A DNA stretch of 64,000 nucleotides. Origin: Nitrospirota bacterium (GTDB taxonomy: Bacteria > Nitrospirota > UBA9217). The translations under genes were made by a program, and so were the position numbers. Below, piece by piece: positions 62,325-64,000 of this stretch (its first letter is position 1; every line of letters begins with the position of its first letter). The notes under the pieces were generated by a model that searched no databases, was not told the origin of the DNA, and worked only from the letters and a program-made list of their open reading frames with translations. The stretch is taken from NCBI GenBank assembly GCA_963751455.1, contig CAVVUN010000015.1, forward strand, positions 256,001 through 320,000, read 5' to 3'.

Positions 62325-62775
62325 TGCGTTTCTATTTTTGAAAGGTAGCCGGGGCGAACTCCCGCGAAAGAACCCCGATTGGCCGTCGGGGTAACGTCAT
62401 AGATGGACCTCATGCCCGTCTACCTCGTTACGAATGGCTCAATCCTAATGCTCGGAAAAATGGCACGGCTCTTATCGAAAATTGCAGGCATTTCAGAAAC
62501 ATGGTGGAAAAGCACCGTTTGTCATTCTGACTGAGCAACTTGAAGAATCTCGCTTATCTCCGCTCAGAATCCTTCGCTTTCCAACTCAAAAGAAACGCGT
62601 GGTTCAACAACCTATCCGTTTTTTCATAGTGAAACAATAACAGGAAAAAATAAGTTATTTTTTGCTTGACGTATAAAAAATGTTCTGATACGCTTTGCAC
62701 ATCTTTGCACTCTTTCGCTATTTAACGTAGGGATATGAATTAAAAGACCGCTTTGAGTAAACTTCGAGGTAAATC

Positions 62776-63975
62776 ATGAAGCCAAGAAGTTTCAGGATGT
62801 CTTTAACGTGGGTTTTTTTACTCCTCCTTTCCCTGAATGCGGCTTCAGGAGATGAAGTTAATTATTTCTATGATGACGCAGGCCGGCTGACAAGGGTTTT
62901 GTCAGGCACGGAATCTGCCATATATCAATACGACGAAGTTGGAAATCTTCTCTCCATTTTCCGGGGCGCAATAAGCCAAAGCCCCCCGCTCGTAAACAGC
63001 ATTAGTTCTGATGTCCTTTTTCTTGATTCAACAATCAAAGTGAACATAGTAGGGGAGAACCTGCTTACCACAAGTGAGATAACCTCTGATAATTCCTCTC
63101 TCATTATCAAGACCCTTTCTGTTACAGATTCGACGCTCACACTCTCAATAACGGTTCCATCAAATGCTTCAGTAGGCGCATATAATATCCTCGTCAATAC
63201 ATTATACGGCTCAGCTCAAACCGGCATAGTAATCACAAGGATCTCATTCACACCCAGTCATCTTGCCATTGGACCGGGAATCAGCGGCAGCATAACTGCT
63301 AATCTGTCTCCGTCAGTCGGGAAAGAGGTTTCCATCACGCTAAAAAATAGCGATTCAACTGTCATATCTACGGTGCAAACCATAACGATTCCATCAAGCG
63401 GGTCTATGATCTTTACCGTGAATGCCTTGACTGAAGGGGCCGCGAACATAAGTCTTTCAGTTTCCGATTCTCTCGCGAATTGCGCCGTGATTTTTGTTTC
63501 AAACCCCTTTACTCCTGAACCGGGAGAAAGCGTTACGAGCAGTGCAAAGCCTGTAAGCGTAATTATATTGCCATCTAAATTAGTTGACGTGACGCGGGTA
63601 ACGTTGCCTGTAAGTGTATATATTCAGCCCTCACTGTCGCTAGATCTGACGCCGGTGACGTTGCCGGTAAGTGTGTATATCCAGCCCTCGTTGGCGGTAG
63701 ATGTGACGCCGGTGACGTTGCCGGTAAGTGTGTATATCCAGCCCTCGTTGGCGGTAGATGTGGCGCCGGTGACGTTGCCGATAAGTGTATATATCCAGCC
63801 CTCGTCAGCAGTAGATGTGACACCGGTGACTTCGCCTATAAGTGTGTTTATTCAGCCGCTGACGGCACCGGACACGACATCTGTTTCGCCACCGATCAGC
63901 ATCTCTATAGGGCAATCATCAATAGTGGATGCAGTCACTGTTTCAGAGCCAGTAAGCGTGAAAATTAATCAATAG
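62776..63975 (+). CDS. Secreted protein with YD repeats, Ig/IPT-like domains and C-terminal 18-aa repeats
   Basis: Signal peptide; YFYDDAGRL, YQYDEVGNL; V(D)VTPVTLPVSVYIQPS repeats. Confidence 0.8.
   Translation: MKPRSFRMSLTWVFLLLLSLNAASGDEVNYFYDDAGRLTRVLSGTESAIYQYDEVGNLLSIFRGAISQSPPLVNSISSDVLFLDSTIKVNIVGENLLTTSEITSDNSSLIIKTLSVTDSTLTLSITVPSNASVGAYNILVNTLYGSAQTGIVITRISFTPSHLAIGPGISGSITANLSPSVGKEVSITLKNSDSTVISTVQTITIPSSGSMIFTVNALTEGAANISLSVSDSLANCAVIFVSNPFTPEPGESVTSSAKPVSVIILPSKLVDVTRVTLPVSVYIQPSLSLDLTPVTLPVSVYIQPSLAVDVTPVTLPVSVYIQPSLAVDVAPVTLPISVYIQPSSAVDVTPVTSPISVFIQPLTAPDTTSVSPPISISIGQSSIVDAVTVSEPVSVKINQ
63583..63960 (+). repeat. 54-bp coding tandem repeat (~7 units)
   Basis: gacgccggtgacgttgccggtaagtgtgtatatccagccctcg repeated. 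Confidence 0.9.
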
Positions 63976-64000
63976 ACTTTAAGGAAATAGGGAAAGGAGA

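Noticed and set aside
62343-62400. Possible c-di-GMP-I riboswitch (ggcgaactcccgcgaaag)
   Set aside because: The complementary stem and GCAAA/P3 elements are missing.
63583-63960. 54-bp repeats as a CRISPR array
   Set aside because: No unique spacers, in-frame coding, no cas genes.

Overview
Bacterial chromosome segment with moderately high GC; gene content and order suggest Nitrospirota or a deltaproteobacterium (inference). Core genes: fmt-def, a large TPR protein, glnB-glnA, adk, hisFAHBC, hisG-hisD, murA-prmC-prfA, rpmE and rho. Four accessory blocks interrupt the core. (1) A ~10 kb island bounded by a duplicated glnA 3' end plus terminator, carrying a decaying kdpD/kdpE/APC-permease module, MNT-HEPN, a RelE-like/UvrD/ankyrin fusion and an AbiEii pair. 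(2) An integron-cassette-like stretch with attC folds and TA pairs, plus a duplicated sigma54-driven pair of small membrane proteins, a beta-barrel/22xBig_2 lipoprotein pair and an EIIA-fused P-type ATPase. (3) A restriction island inside the his operon with an intact BamHI-like R-C-M and a probably inactive XhoI/PaeR7I homolog. (4) TA genes and a YD/Ig repeat protein at the right end. The most striking unexplained layer is non-coding. Periodic (7- and 9-mer) inverted-repeat hairpins sit at many gene junctions and some are translated (HisF, PrmC, HisC). Some are wrapped in IS-like shells, including a MITE family with CCT...AGG ends and clean 5-bp WTNAT target duplications. All calls are from reading the sequence by eye; no searches were run.
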